Shown here: positions 37,358 to 47,152 of the stretch, piece by piece
How positions within the stretch are numbered: position 1 is the first letter of the stretch
Layout: each line of letters starts with the position of its first letter
NCBI GenBank assembly: GCA_963766735.1
Contig: CAVYBU010000002.1
Location: forward strand, 256,001 to 320,000
Direction of reading: 5' to 3'
DNA: 64,000 bases
Source of the DNA: an uncultured Chloroflexia bacterium
GTDB taxonomy: Bacteria; Chloroflexota; Limnocylindria; Limnocylindrales; CSP1-4
Translations under genes and position numbers: made by a program
Notes under the pieces: model-generated
The model's input: only the letters and a program-made list of their open reading frames with translations
Told to the model about the DNA's origin: nothing
The model's database searches: none

Positions 37358-39802
37358 ATGCCCAAGCATCTCGTTATCGTGGAGTCGCCTGCCAAGGCGC
37401 GGACCATCGAGCGCTATCTCGGCGAGGACTACAAGGTCCTCGCCTCGTATGGTCACGTGCGGGACCTGCCGGAGAACCCGGGCAAGGGCAAGTTCGGCGT
37501 GGACGTGGACCATGACTTCGCACCCGAGTACGTGATCTCCGACGATCGCCGGAAGCAGGTCGTTGAGATCGAGAAGGCCGCCCGGAGCGCGGTCAATGTC
37601 TGGCTCGCCACCGACCTTGACCGCGAGGGCGAGGCAATCGCCTGGCACGTGGTGGAGGCCGCGAACATCCCGGCATCCAAGACGCACAGGGTGACCTTCA
37701 ACGAGATCACCGACGTCGCGATTCGAGATGCGTTCGCGCACCCGCGTGCCATCGACACGAACCTCGTGGATGCCCAGCAGGCGCGCCGGATCGTGGACCG
37801 CCTCGTCGGGTACACGCTCAGCCCGCTGATCTCCCGCAAGATCCGCAGCGGCCTCAGCGCAGGCCGCGTCCAGTCAGTTGCGCTGCGCCTCGTCGTGGAC
37901 CGGGAGCGCGAGATCCGTGCGTTCACGGCCCGCGAGTACTGGACGCTCGAAGTGCTCCTGAGGTCGGTCGCGGGCGACGCCTTCACCGCGGACCTGGTCC
38001 GCATCCACGGCAAGACCGTGACCATCGGCGACGAGGCGACCGCCGCCCATCACGCGGAAGCCCTGCGCGGCCTGCAGCCTGTTGTCGACTCGGTCGCCAC
38101 GAAGCCCTCCAAGCGCAACCCGGCTCCGCCATTCACGACGAGCACCCTCCAGCAGGAGGCCAGCCGCAAGCTGGGCTTCAGCCCCAAGCGGACGATGTCG
38201 ATCGCCCAGCGCCTGTACGAGGGTGCGGACACGCCCGACGGGCACGTTGGCCTGATCACCTACATGCGTACCGACTCGACGGCGATCGCCGGAGTGGCGA
38301 TGGCCGAAGCTCAGGACGTGATCAAGGCCCGCTTCGGGGAGCGGTACGGCACCGGCAAGGGTCGCTTCTTCAAGACGAAGGCGAAGGGCGCCCAAGAGGC
38401 GCACGAGTCCATTCGCCCCACCTCGTTCCTGCGGGACCCGGACTCAATGCAGGCCCACCTCAAGCCCGAGGAGCACAAGCTCTACCGCCTGATCTGGCAG
38501 CGGGCGATCGCGTCCCAGATGGCGCCCAAGGAGCTGGAGACGACGACGATCGAACTGGTTGCCGCGGACTACCGCCTGCGCGCTTCGGCCACCAGGACGC
38601 TGTTCGACGGGTTTGCGCGCGTCTACACGGAGGGCCGGGACGACACGGAGGGCCGGGACGACGGCGCCGAGGGATCCGAGCGGACGCTGCCGTCCCTCCG
38701 CGAGGGCGACATCACCACCGTCGAGTCCGTCACGCCCAGCCAGCACTTCACGGAACCGCCGCCCCGCTACACGGAGGCGACCCTGGTCAAGGCGCTGGAG
38801 GAGCACGGCATCGGTCGGCCTTCCACGTACGCCGCCACCATCTCGACCATCGTGGATCGCGGCTATGTGAAGGTGGCGGAGCGGAGGCTGCACCCCGAGG
38901 AGATCGGGGAGATCGTGACGGACCTCCTCGTCACCCACTTCGGCGGGTACGTGGACCTTGCGTTCACGGCCCGCATGGAGGAGGAGCTCGACGAGGTCGC
39001 CCGGGGCGAGCGCGAGTGGGTGCCGCTCCTGCGAGCGTTCTTCGGGCCGCTCAAGGAGCTCGTGGACGTGAAGCGCAAGGAGCTCAAGCGCCGCGACTTC
39101 ACCACCGAGGAGACCGACGAGATCTGCTCGGAAGGCCACCCGATGGTCATCCGCCTGGGGAGGAACGGCAAGTTCCTGGCGTGCTCCACCTTCCCGGAGC
39201 ACAAGGAGACCCGACCGCTCCCCGGCGACGAGACCCCGACGCTCGAAGGCGACGGCGATGCGTGTCCTCTGTGCGGAGAGGGCGTCCTGGCTACGAGGCG
39301 GGGTCGGTTCGGGGCGTTCGTGGGCTGCTCCCGCTACCCCGACTGTGCCTACATCAAGAAGGACGGCCCGCCGCCCCCGGACCAGCTCCCGTTCGAGGTG
39401 CCGTGTCCCAAGAGCGGCGACGGCCACCTGGTGGCGCGTCGCGCGCGGCGCACCGGAAACGTCTTCTGGGGGTGCTCTGCGTACCCCAAGTGCGACTTCA
39501 CGACGAACCACGAGCCGACCGGAGGCGTCCACGACGCCCACGAAGACGGCCTGGGGTCGGTGGCCCGGAAGGAAGAGACCGGCCTGTGCCTGACCTGCGG
39601 AGCCGCGGTGAACCTGCCGGAGGGCAACCTTGTCGGGCTGCGGCTTCCCGGCGGGCCCGCCAACCCGTCCGCGCTCGCCAAGCCTGCCCGCGCCGGCGGA
39701 CGGCGGGGTGCCCCGCGAGCCGGCGGGTCCGCCAGGCGCACGACTCGCGCACCGGCCGCCGCGTCCAGAGCTGGGGGCGGATCGAAGCGAACCGGGTCGT
39801 GA
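37358..39802 (+). CDS. topA: DNA topoisomerase I
   Basis: LVIVESPAKA, ATDLDREGEAI, SAGRVQS, ITYMRTDS (catalytic Tyr), GIGRPSTY and C-terminal Zn ribbons. Confidence 0.97.
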   Translation: MPKHLVIVESPAKARTIERYLGEDYKVLASYGHVRDLPENPGKGKFGVDVDHDFAPEYVISDDRRKQVVEIEKAARSAVNVWLATDLDREGEAIAWHVVEAANIPASKTHRVTFNEITDVAIRDAFAHPRAIDTNLVDAQQARRIVDRLVGYTLSPLISRKIRSGLSAGRVQSVALRLVVDREREIRAFTAREYWTLEVLLRSVAGDAFTADLVRIHGKTVTIGDEATAAHHAEALRGLQPVVDSVATKPSKRNPAPPFTTSTLQQEASRKLGFSPKRTMSIAQRLYEGADTPDGHVGLITYMRTDSTAIAGVAMAEAQDVIKARFGERYGTGKGRFFKTKAKGAQEAHESIRPTSFLRDPDSMQAHLKPEEHKLYRLIWQRAIASQMAPKELETTTIELVAADYRLRASATRTLFDGFARVYTEGRDDTEGRDDGAEGSERTLPSLREGDITTVESVTPSQHFTEPPPRYTEATLVKALEEHGIGRPSTYAATISTIVDRGYVKVAERRLHPEEIGEIVTDLLVTHFGGYVDLAFTARMEEELDEVARGEREWVPLLRAFFGPLKELVDVKRKELKRRDFTTEETDEICSEGHPMVIRLGRNGKFLACSTFPEHKETRPLPGDETPTLEGDGDACPLCGEGVLATRRGRFGAFVGCSRYPDCAYIKKDGPPPPDQLPFEVPCPKSGDGHLVARRARRTGNVFWGCSAYPKCDFTTNHEPTGGVHDAHEDGLGSVARKEETGLCLTCGAAVNLPEGNLVGLRLPGGPANPSALAKPARAGGRRGAPRAGGSARRTTRAPAAASRAGGGSKRTGS
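38625..38662 (+). repeat. Perfect 18-bp in-frame tandem duplication in topA (TEGRDD x2)
   Basis: ACACGGAGGGCCGGGACG at 38625-38642 and 38643-38660. Confidence 0.85.
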
Positions 39803-39818
39803 CCGGGATGGCGACCTC

Positions 39819-40784
39819 GTGACGGGCTCCGAGGCGCTGCGCCGGTTCGTGCGCATGCTGGAGGCACGCGACGCTTCGCCGGACACGCGCCGGTCCTACG
39901 AGGCCACGGTGGAGGCGTACCTCGCGTGGTTGACCGCCCACGACGCCGACTGGCGGACGCCCGGACGCCAGGTTCTGCGCGCCTACCTGGCGGAGCTCTC
40001 CGAGGGCCACGCGAAGACATCCGTCGCGCAGCGGCTGGCTGCCCTGCGCGCCTTCCACCGGTATGCCTCGCGCGCCGGCCTGGCTCCGGGCGACCCCTGG
40101 GGCGCCATCGCCACGCCCCGCCTGCCGAGACGCCTGCCCCGCGTCCTCGAGGTGGAGCAGGTGGAGCGGCTCCTCGCGGTGGTGGACGCCGACCTCACCG
40201 ACGCGGCGAACGGAGGTTCCCCCACCGCACGGCGTGACCCTGAGCTCGCCCACGCCCTCGCCCTGCGGGACCGGGCGCTCGTCGAGACGGCGTACGCGGC
40301 CGGGCTGCGGATCAGCGAGCTGTCTTCGGCAGACCTGGGCAGCCTGGACCTTCGGCGCGGGGAGCTGCGCGTGCTGGGCAAGGGCCGCAAGGAGCGGATC
40401 GGCCTCCTGGGCCGACCCGCGCGTGAAGCGCTGCGCGGCTACCTGGACGAGGGCCGTCCCGTGCTGCTCGGCCGGCTGCCACCCCTGGAGGACGTCCCGA
40501 CCGCGGTGTTCCTCAACCACCACGGCGCCCAGCTTGGCGTCCGCGGCCTGCGCGGCCGCCTGGACAGGCTCCGGCGCCGGGCCGGCCTGCCCCAGGGCGT
40601 GAGCCCCCACACGCTCCGCCACAGCTTTGCGACCCACCTCCTGGAGGGCGGCGCGGATCTGCGCGTCGTCCAGGAGCTGCTGGGGCACGAGAGCCTCGCC
40701 ACGACGCAGGTCTACACGCACGTCTCGCCCGCCCGGCTCAAGGACGCCTACCGGTCGGCACACCCCCGGGCGCGGGCGACCTGA
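39819..40784 (+). CDS. xerC: Tyrosine recombinase XerC/D
   Basis: GLRISEL, GKGRKER, SPHTLRHSFATHLL, LLGH and TQVYTH, in topA-xerC synteny. Confidence 0.9.
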   Translation: MTGSEALRRFVRMLEARDASPDTRRSYEATVEAYLAWLTAHDADWRTPGRQVLRAYLAELSEGHAKTSVAQRLAALRAFHRYASRAGLAPGDPWGAIATPRLPRRLPRVLEVEQVERLLAVVDADLTDAANGGSPTARRDPELAHALALRDRALVETAYAAGLRISELSSADLGSLDLRRGELRVLGKGRKERIGLLGRPAREALRGYLDEGRPVLLGRLPPLEDVPTAVFLNHHGAQLGVRGLRGRLDRLRRRAGLPQGVSPHTLRHSFATHLLEGGADLRVVQELLGHESLATTQVYTHVSPARLKDAYRSAHPRARAT

Positions 40785-42451
40785 TGGACGATCCGGATGT
40801 CCTGACCGGCGTCGTGGCCGACGAGGAGCCGGGCCTGCACCCAGCGGCGGCAGCAGCGGCCACGCGCGTGGGCCGGTCGTCGGCCCGGGCGCTGGCGCGT
40901 GCGGGGCTCATCGTCACGACGCTGTTCATGGCGTCCCGCGTCCTGGGCTACGTCCGGACCATCGTCTATGCCGCCGCGTTCCCCGACGTCGCCCAGCTCG
41001 CGCCGTTCTACGCCGCGTTCCGGATCCCGGACTTCCTGTTCCAGCTCGTTGCCGCCGGGGCGCTCTCGTCGGCACTGATCCCCGTGATCGCCGGGCTCTT
41101 CGCCAAGGAAGAGGATGCCCGCGCCTGGCGCGTGGTCTCGACGGTCACCACCCTGATGCTCTCGGTCCTGCTGGTGCTGGCGGCGGTGGTCCTGTTGTTT
41201 GCACCCGGGCTGGTCGAGATCATCGCGCCCGGGTTCAACGCCGCGCAGCTCGCCGAGACGACGGACCTGACCAGGATCATGGTCCTCTCGCCCCTGCTTC
41301 TGGCGGCCGGTGCTATCGCCTCGACCGTCCTGAACTCCCGTGAGCGGTTCGGGGCCGCCGCGCTCGCCCCCCTCGTGTACAACCTGGCGATGATCTTCGG
41401 CGCCCTCGCGCTGGTGCCGGCGTTCGGTGTGCAGGGCCTGGCGTACGGGGTGGTGCTCGGCGCGCTGGGCCACATCGCGGTCCAGGTCCCGTCGTTGATC
41501 CGGCTGGGAGCCAGGATCCGGCCGTTCGTCGACCTCCGCGACGACCAGGCGCGCACGGCGTTGCTGCTGATGGTGCCCCGAGCGATCGGGCTCGGTGCCA
41601 CGCAGATCGTGTTCCTGGTCATGACCAGCTTCGCGACGACGCTGGGCGGCACGGCGCTCCCCGTGTTCAACTTCGCCTTCGCGATGCTGCAGATCCCGAT
41701 CGGCATCATCGGGGTGCCGCTGGGCATCGTGCTCCTGCCGTCGCTGTCCCGGGAGGCGGCCCTGGGGGCCGGTGAGGGCTTCACCAGGCTGGTATCCCGC
41801 GGCCTCGCCCTGCTCGGCTACGTGATGGTCGCGATCGCCGCGCTGGGGATCGTGGTCTCGGAGGACATCGTCCGCCTGCTGTTCGGGGTGGCGCGCATGC
41901 AGGAGAGCGTGCTCGTGGCGACCGCGGAGGCCCTCGCCATCTTCCTGCTCGGCCTGACGGCACATTCCCTGATCACGGTGCTGGCGCGCTCGTTCTACGC
42001 ACTCAAGGACACGAAGACGCCGGTCGCCGCCGCCCTGGTCGCCGTGGTCGCGAACATCGTCGTCGCGAACCTCCTCATCGGGCCCCTGGGTCTCAACGGC
42101 CTGGCCGCCGCCATCGCGATCTCCGCGTGGCTCGAAACGCTTGTGCTGGTGGTCCTGCTCGTGCGGCGCGTTCCGGGACTCAGGCCCGGGATGGGGCACG
42201 TCTGGATGGTCATGGCGAAGACCGTCGCGGCATCGCTTGCGGGTGCGCTGGTGGCGTTCGGGATCGAGCTGGCGCTGGTCGGGGCCTGGGGCCAGGACCC
42301 AGGCTTCATCCTGATCCTGGTCCGGACGACGGTGGCGGTTGCCGCCGGCGGGCTGGTCATCATTGCCGGGTCGCTCGCGTTGCGGATCGGAGAGCTCCGC
42401 ACTATCGTCGATGTCGTGTTGGACCTCCTCCGCCGACGCGGCCGCGCGTGA
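40784..42451 (+). CDS. murJ: Lipid II flippase MurJ
   Basis: SRVLGYVR, AFRIPDFLFQLVAAGALSSALIP and RSFYALKDTKTP, with many TM segments. Confidence 0.92.
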   Translation: MDDPDVLTGVVADEEPGLHPAAAAAATRVGRSSARALARAGLIVTTLFMASRVLGYVRTIVYAAAFPDVAQLAPFYAAFRIPDFLFQLVAAGALSSALIPVIAGLFAKEEDARAWRVVSTVTTLMLSVLLVLAAVVLLFAPGLVEIIAPGFNAAQLAETTDLTRIMVLSPLLLAAGAIASTVLNSRERFGAAALAPLVYNLAMIFGALALVPAFGVQGLAYGVVLGALGHIAVQVPSLIRLGARIRPFVDLRDDQARTALLLMVPRAIGLGATQIVFLVMTSFATTLGGTALPVFNFAFAMLQIPIGIIGVPLGIVLLPSLSREAALGAGEGFTRLVSRGLALLGYVMVAIAALGIVVSEDIVRLLFGVARMQESVLVATAEALAIFLLGLTAHSLITVLARSFYALKDTKTPVAAALVAVVANIVVANLLIGPLGLNGLAAAIAISAWLETLVLVVLLVRRVPGLRPGMGHVWMVMAKTVAASLAGALVAFGIELALVGAWGQDPGFILILVRTTVAVAAGGLVIIAGSLALRIGELRTIVDVVLDLLRRRGRA

Positions 42452-43587
42452 CCGCCCGTCTCCCGGACGACGGGGCACCTGCGCCCGCGCTCGCCATCCG
42501 TGACGCGGATCCCGCCTCCTGGGACGCCTATGTCGAGATGAACCCGCGCGGCTCGTACCTCCAGCTCACCGGCTGGGCGCGGGTCAAGGAGGTCAACGGA
42601 TGGTCCTCGCGCCGCCTCCACGACCCCGATGCCGCCAGCGTGCCTGCCGTAGGTGCCCAGGTCCTGCTCCGCCGTCCCGGTCCGTTGCCGTGGGCCTTCG
42701 CCTACGCCCCGCGCGGGCCCGTGCTGGACCGCTGGGACCCGGAGTCGATCGCGCGGTTCACGGGCCTTGCCCAGGCCGGCCTCCGGACGGGCGGCCGGGT
42801 GAGCCACCTGCGGATTGACCCGGAGATCGAGCGGGATGCCGGCCCCGACGAGGGCGGCGCCGTGGTGGCCGGGCTGCTCCGCGCCGGGTGGCGCTCCGCG
42901 CCGCCCATCCAGCCCTCCTCAACGCGCGTCATCGACCTGACGGCCGACGAGGACGCGCTGTGGGGTGACCTGCGCAAGAAGTGGCGCCAGTACGTCAACA
43001 AGGCCCGGGCGGGCGGTGTCCGCATCGTCGACGCGGGGCCGGAGCGCCTGGATGAGTTCTACCGGATCTACCGCGAGACCGCGGACCGGGCGGGGTTCCT
43101 GATCCGCGCCCAGTCCGCGTACCGCGACGCGTGGGATGCCTTCGGACCGGACGGGCGTGCCCGCCTCCTCTTCGCCGAGCTGCCCGATGGGACACCGGCG
43201 GCGACCCTGTTCCTGGTGCGGTCCGGAAGCCGCGTCGTGGAACCCTACGGCGGCATGACCCAGGCGGGTGCGGAGAGCCGGGCCAACTACCTCCTCAAGT
43301 GGGAGGCGATCCGCTCATCGCGGGAGGCCGGCGCGAGCAGCTACGACCTGTGGGGCCTGGCCCATCCGGGCATCGCGCATTTCAAGACCGGTTTCGGCGG
43401 GCGGGAGATCCAGTACGTCGGAGCCTGGGACCTGGTGCTCGATGCCCTTGGACGGCGGACCTACGGGATCGCCCAGCGCTCACGGGTCCGCGTGGAGCGT
43501 CTCCGGCACGGCCTTCGCGGCGGCGAGACCTCGGCAGCCGGGTACACGGGTGGGGGAGGCGGGGGCGACGCCGGGGGCGACGCGTGA
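42448..43587 (+). CDS. FemABX-family peptidoglycan bridge aminoacyltransferase
   Basis: YLQ..GW..VK, AYAPRGPV, LRIDP, IQP, NYLLKWEAI, YDLWG and FKTGFGG. Confidence 0.85.
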   Translation: MTARLPDDGAPAPALAIRDADPASWDAYVEMNPRGSYLQLTGWARVKEVNGWSSRRLHDPDAASVPAVGAQVLLRRPGPLPWAFAYAPRGPVLDRWDPESIARFTGLAQAGLRTGGRVSHLRIDPEIERDAGPDEGGAVVAGLLRAGWRSAPPIQPSSTRVIDLTADEDALWGDLRKKWRQYVNKARAGGVRIVDAGPERLDEFYRIYRETADRAGFLIRAQSAYRDAWDAFGPDGRARLLFAELPDGTPAATLFLVRSGSRVVEPYGGMTQAGAESRANYLLKWEAIRSSREAGASSYDLWGLAHPGIAHFKTGFGGREIQYVGAWDLVLDALGRRTYGIAQRSRVRVERLRHGLRGGETSAAGYTGGGGGGDAGGDA

Positions 43588-44717
43588 CGCCGGCGGTACG
43601 GGAGCTGGTCGGGCCGGAGCTGGACGCCTGGGATGCGGCGGCGGTCGATGCTCCCGGCGGGCACGTCTTCCAGTCGAGGGCGTGGGCGGCACACCGCGCG
43701 TCCGGTGGCTGGCAGCCGCGGTTCCTCGCGGCCGGCGACGCGCGTGCGCTGGCACTGGTGCGCCCGTGGCCCCTGGTCGGCGGCGGATCGGCATACCTGC
43801 CCCGGGGGCCGGTCGGCCAGACGACGCCCTGGACCGGCGACGGATCCGGTATCGCCATCGGGGAGATGCTGACGGGGGCATCGCGGCACCTCGCGACTCA
43901 GGGGGTCGATGTGGTTGCCGCGGACGCGGAGGTGGCGGCGGCCGACACGGCCTACCTCGCGGCGCTCGACGCTGCGGGCTTCCACGGCATTCCCGAGATC
44001 CAGCCCTCGCAGCATCGGATGGCGCTCGAACTGCCCGGAGACGGCGACGTCGCGGGCGTCCTTGCCGGGGTCGCGAAGGCCACGCGCCAGCGGATCCGCC
44101 GCGCCGAGCGCGACGGGGTCGTCGTGCTGCGCCACGACGCGCGCGCGGGGAAGCTCGACGGGTTCACGACGAGCCGCGAGCCCGCCGATGTCGCCCTGCG
44201 GCGCTTCTACGACCTGCTTCACGCGACCGGCGAGCGGCTGGGCTTCTCGCTGGGTGGCGCGGTCGGGTACCTCGCGTGGTGGCTGCGCGCGCTCGAGGCC
44301 GGCCACCTCGTGTACCTGGAGGCGCGCGACGGCGGGGAGGAGGGCCCGGTGCTGGGCGGGCTCGTTCTCTACCGTCACGGTCGCCGTCTGTCCACGGCGC
44401 ACTCGGGCGACATCGCCGACAGCCGACGCGACCACCCGGGCACGATGCACCTGCTCCGGTGGCGGGCGATCCAGCTGGCTCTCGCCGAGGCGCGCCTGGA
44501 GATGGACCTGGGGGGCGTGGACGTCCCGGGCGCTCGCCGGCCGCCGGTAGCGGGCGAGCCCATGTTCGGTCTGTACGAGCACAAGCGCTCGTTCGGGGCT
44601 GCGTGGGTCGAGCTGGCGGGCGCTCAGGAACGTGTAGCGAGCCCGGTTCGCTATGCGGCCGGGCGGGCGACCACGAGGCTGACCCGGGTGTTGGGCCGGG
44701 GAGGGGGCAGCACATGA
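43584..44717 (+). CDS. Second FemABX-family aminoacyltransferase (more divergent)
   Basis: FQSRAWA, AYLPRGPV, EIQPS, HLLRWRAI, MDLGG and GLYEHKRSFGA. Confidence 0.8.
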   Translation: MTPAVRELVGPELDAWDAAAVDAPGGHVFQSRAWAAHRASGGWQPRFLAAGDARALALVRPWPLVGGGSAYLPRGPVGQTTPWTGDGSGIAIGEMLTGASRHLATQGVDVVAADAEVAAADTAYLAALDAAGFHGIPEIQPSQHRMALELPGDGDVAGVLAGVAKATRQRIRRAERDGVVVLRHDARAGKLDGFTTSREPADVALRRFYDLLHATGERLGFSLGGAVGYLAWWLRALEAGHLVYLEARDGGEEGPVLGGLVLYRHGRRLSTAHSGDIADSRRDHPGTMHLLRWRAIQLALAEARLEMDLGGVDVPGARRPPVAGEPMFGLYEHKRSFGAAWVELAGAQERVASPVRYAAGRATTRLTRVLGRGGGST

Positions 44718-46354
44718 GCCCGCAGCCGACGCCGCTGGAACGCCTGGTCGAGTCGTCGGTCGGGCGGGAGCCGAAGGCCCTCGGTCCGCTGCTGGATCGT
44801 CTCGACGCCGCGGGCCTGGTCCGTGAAGTCCGACCGGGGGGCGCAGCCGCGACAATCGACGAAGTCGCCCGCACCGACATCGTCGGGCTGACGGAGGACT
44901 CGCGTCAGGTGCGGGCCTCGACGCTGTTCATCGCCGTGCCGGGCTTCCACGTGGACGGCCACGACTTCGTTGCGCGGGCGGCCGAGGCGGGGGCGGCGGC
45001 CGCGGTGGTCGAACGGCCGGTTCCTGGGGCGAACCTGCCCCAGGTGATCGTCGGGGTCGCGAGGTCGGCACTCGCCCAGGCTGCAGGCTGGTGGGCCGGA
45101 GACCCATCGCGAGGCATGGGCGTGATCGGGATCACGGGCACCGACGGCAAGACCACGACGTCGTTCCTCGTCGTGGCGGCCCTGGAGGCTGCGGGCATCT
45201 CCACCGGGCTGATCGGCACCGTGGAGACGAAGGTTGGGGACCTGCGTGAGCGCCACGAGGCCCACGTGACCACGCCCGCCGCGCCGGAGCTGAACGCGAC
45301 GCTGGTTGCCATGCGCGCCGCCGGCAACGCGGCTGCCGTGGTCGAGACGACGTCTCACGCGCTGGAGCTGGAGCGCGTGGCCGGGATCGCCTACGACGCG
45401 GCCGTGTTCACGAACCTCAGCCATGAGCATCTCGAGCTTCACGGAACCTTCGAGCGCTACCGCGACGCCAAGCTGCGGCTGTTCACGGCGCTGGCGGCGG
45501 GCCCGGCAAACCCGCTCAAGTCCGTCGGCGGGCGCCCATGGCCCAAGGTAGCGGTGCTCAACAGGGACGACCCCGCCGCGCCTGCCTTCGAGGCGGCGGC
45601 CCGTGCCGCGGGAGCTGCTGTCATGGGCTACGGAACAGGTCACGCGGCTGACGTGCTGGCCACCGCGGTCGACGAGGACGCGCACCGCCTGCGGATCCGA
45701 TACGACGCGCCGTCGGGCCCGGGGGACCTGGCCCTGCGGCTGGCCGGCCGCTTCAACGTCCACAACGCGCTGGCCGTGGTGGCGCTCGGGGAGGCGCTGG
45801 GCCTGGACCCCGTCGCCGTGCGCGGGGGCCTGGAGGGCGTCGCCGGCGTGCCGGGCCGCATGGAGCGGATCGATGCAGGGCAGCCCTTCGGGATCGTCGT
45901 GGATTACGCCCACTCGCCCGCGTCGTTGCAGGTGGTGCTGGACCTGCTGGGGCCGGTGGCCGCCGCGCACGGCGGTGGCCTGATCGCGGTCTTCGGGTCG
46001 GGCGGGGAGCGCGATACGGCCAAGCGTGCGGTCATGGGCCGGATTGCCGGCGAGCGGTGCCGCGTCGTGATTGCAACGGACGAGGACCCCCGCGGCGAGG
46101 ACGGTCACGTCATCCTCGAGGAGATCGTCCGGGGTGCCGAGGCCGCGGGTCGCCGCCGGGGCGAGGACGTCCTGGCCATCGCCGATCGCCGTGAGGCGAT
46201 CGCGGTCGCCTTCGGGCGGGCCCGGCCGGGGGACCTGGTGCTCCTGGCAGGCAAGGGCCACGAGCCGGCCATCCTGTACGCGGACCACGCGCTGCCGTGG
46301 GATGAGGCCGCCGTCGCCCGCGAGATGCTGGCGGCGATGGGCTTCCCCGGCTGA
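44714..46354 (+). CDS. murE: UDP-MurNAc-tripeptide synthetase MurE
   Basis: GITGTDGKTTT, TTP, ETTSH, FTNLSHEH, VPGRME, DYAH, FGSGGERD, DEDPR and AGKGHE. Confidence 0.93.
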   Translation: MSPQPTPLERLVESSVGREPKALGPLLDRLDAAGLVREVRPGGAAATIDEVARTDIVGLTEDSRQVRASTLFIAVPGFHVDGHDFVARAAEAGAAAAVVERPVPGANLPQVIVGVARSALAQAAGWWAGDPSRGMGVIGITGTDGKTTTSFLVVAALEAAGISTGLIGTVETKVGDLRERHEAHVTTPAAPELNATLVAMRAAGNAAAVVETTSHALELERVAGIAYDAAVFTNLSHEHLELHGTFERYRDAKLRLFTALAAGPANPLKSVGGRPWPKVAVLNRDDPAAPAFEAAARAAGAAVMGYGTGHAADVLATAVDEDAHRLRIRYDAPSGPGDLALRLAGRFNVHNALAVVALGEALGLDPVAVRGGLEGVAGVPGRMERIDAGQPFGIVVDYAHSPASLQVVLDLLGPVAAAHGGGLIAVFGSGGERDTAKRAVMGRIAGERCRVVIATDEDPRGEDGHVILEEIVRGAEAAGRRRGEDVLAIADRREAIAVAFGRARPGDLVLLAGKGHEPAILYADHALPWDEAAVAREMLAAMGFPG

Positions 46355-46356
46355 CC

Positions 46357-47085
46357 GTGCGGGGCTGCCTGTTCACGCTGCTGCTCGCAGCGATCGTCCT
46401 GGGCTGTGCGGTGGTCATCGGGCTGCCGGCCGCCGCGTCCGCGGTCCTGACCGGCGCCATCACGGCCGCCGGGCTCCAGGCCGACGACACCACGGTGATC
46501 GTCACCAGCGACCAGCCCACGGACCTCATCGGGTTGCACGCGGACCGGGTCCGGATCCGCGCCACTGACGCCACCTTCCATGACCTCGAGATCGGGAAGC
46601 TGGACATCGCGCTGGGTGACGTGGCGATCATCGACCGGACCGTCGGAACCGTGGAGGGGACCCTGGCTGGCGTGACGGTGCCGGATGTCGGCGGGCGCCC
46701 GCTCGAGCTGGCGAAGGTGAGCCTGGGCGGCGGGGGCGAGACGGTGACCGTGTCTACGACGGTCGAGGGCGCCGCGGCCGAGACGCTCCTGGCAGACGCG
46801 ATCGAGGCCGACTCCGGCGTCCGCCCGAGCGCCGTCACCCTCTCCGCGCCGGACCGGATCGCCGCGCGGATGGGCATGGTGGTGCATGCTCGGCTGCGCG
46901 TCAACGCCGCGGGGGACCTCGTGGCGAAGGTGCTCGACGGACCCGAGGCCGGACGCACCCTGACGCTTCTCCGTGGTGGCGACGACCTCCCGATCCACCT
47001 GACGGGCGTCCGCGTGACCACAGCCGGCGACCTCCGCCTCACCGGCGACCTCGAGATCGGCCTGCTGGGCTTCGTGGGCGGCTGA
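46357..47085 (+). CDS. Hypothetical membrane-anchored beta-rich protein
   Basis: N-terminal hydrophobic anchor followed by alternating beta-strand-like sequence. Starts 2 nt after the murE stop. Confidence 0.65.
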   Translation: MRGCLFTLLLAAIVLGCAVVIGLPAAASAVLTGAITAAGLQADDTTVIVTSDQPTDLIGLHADRVRIRATDATFHDLEIGKLDIALGDVAIIDRTVGTVEGTLAGVTVPDVGGRPLELAKVSLGGGGETVTVSTTVEGAAAETLLADAIEADSGVRPSAVTLSAPDRIAARMGMVVHARLRVNAAGDLVAKVLDGPEAGRTLTLLRGGDDLPIHLTGVRVTTAGDLRLTGDLEIGLLGFVGG

Positions 47086-47152
47086 CACCGGAGGCGCATC
47101 GGCCGGGACCGCGTCCGGGAGCGCCGCCCGCCCCACCGGGTAGACTCCCGCC

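Noticed and set aside
39819-40784. Tyrosine recombinase as an integrase of a mobile element
   Set aside because: It has XerC/D length and motifs, sits in the usual topA-xerC position, is coupled to murJ, and has no att repeats or cargo genes.
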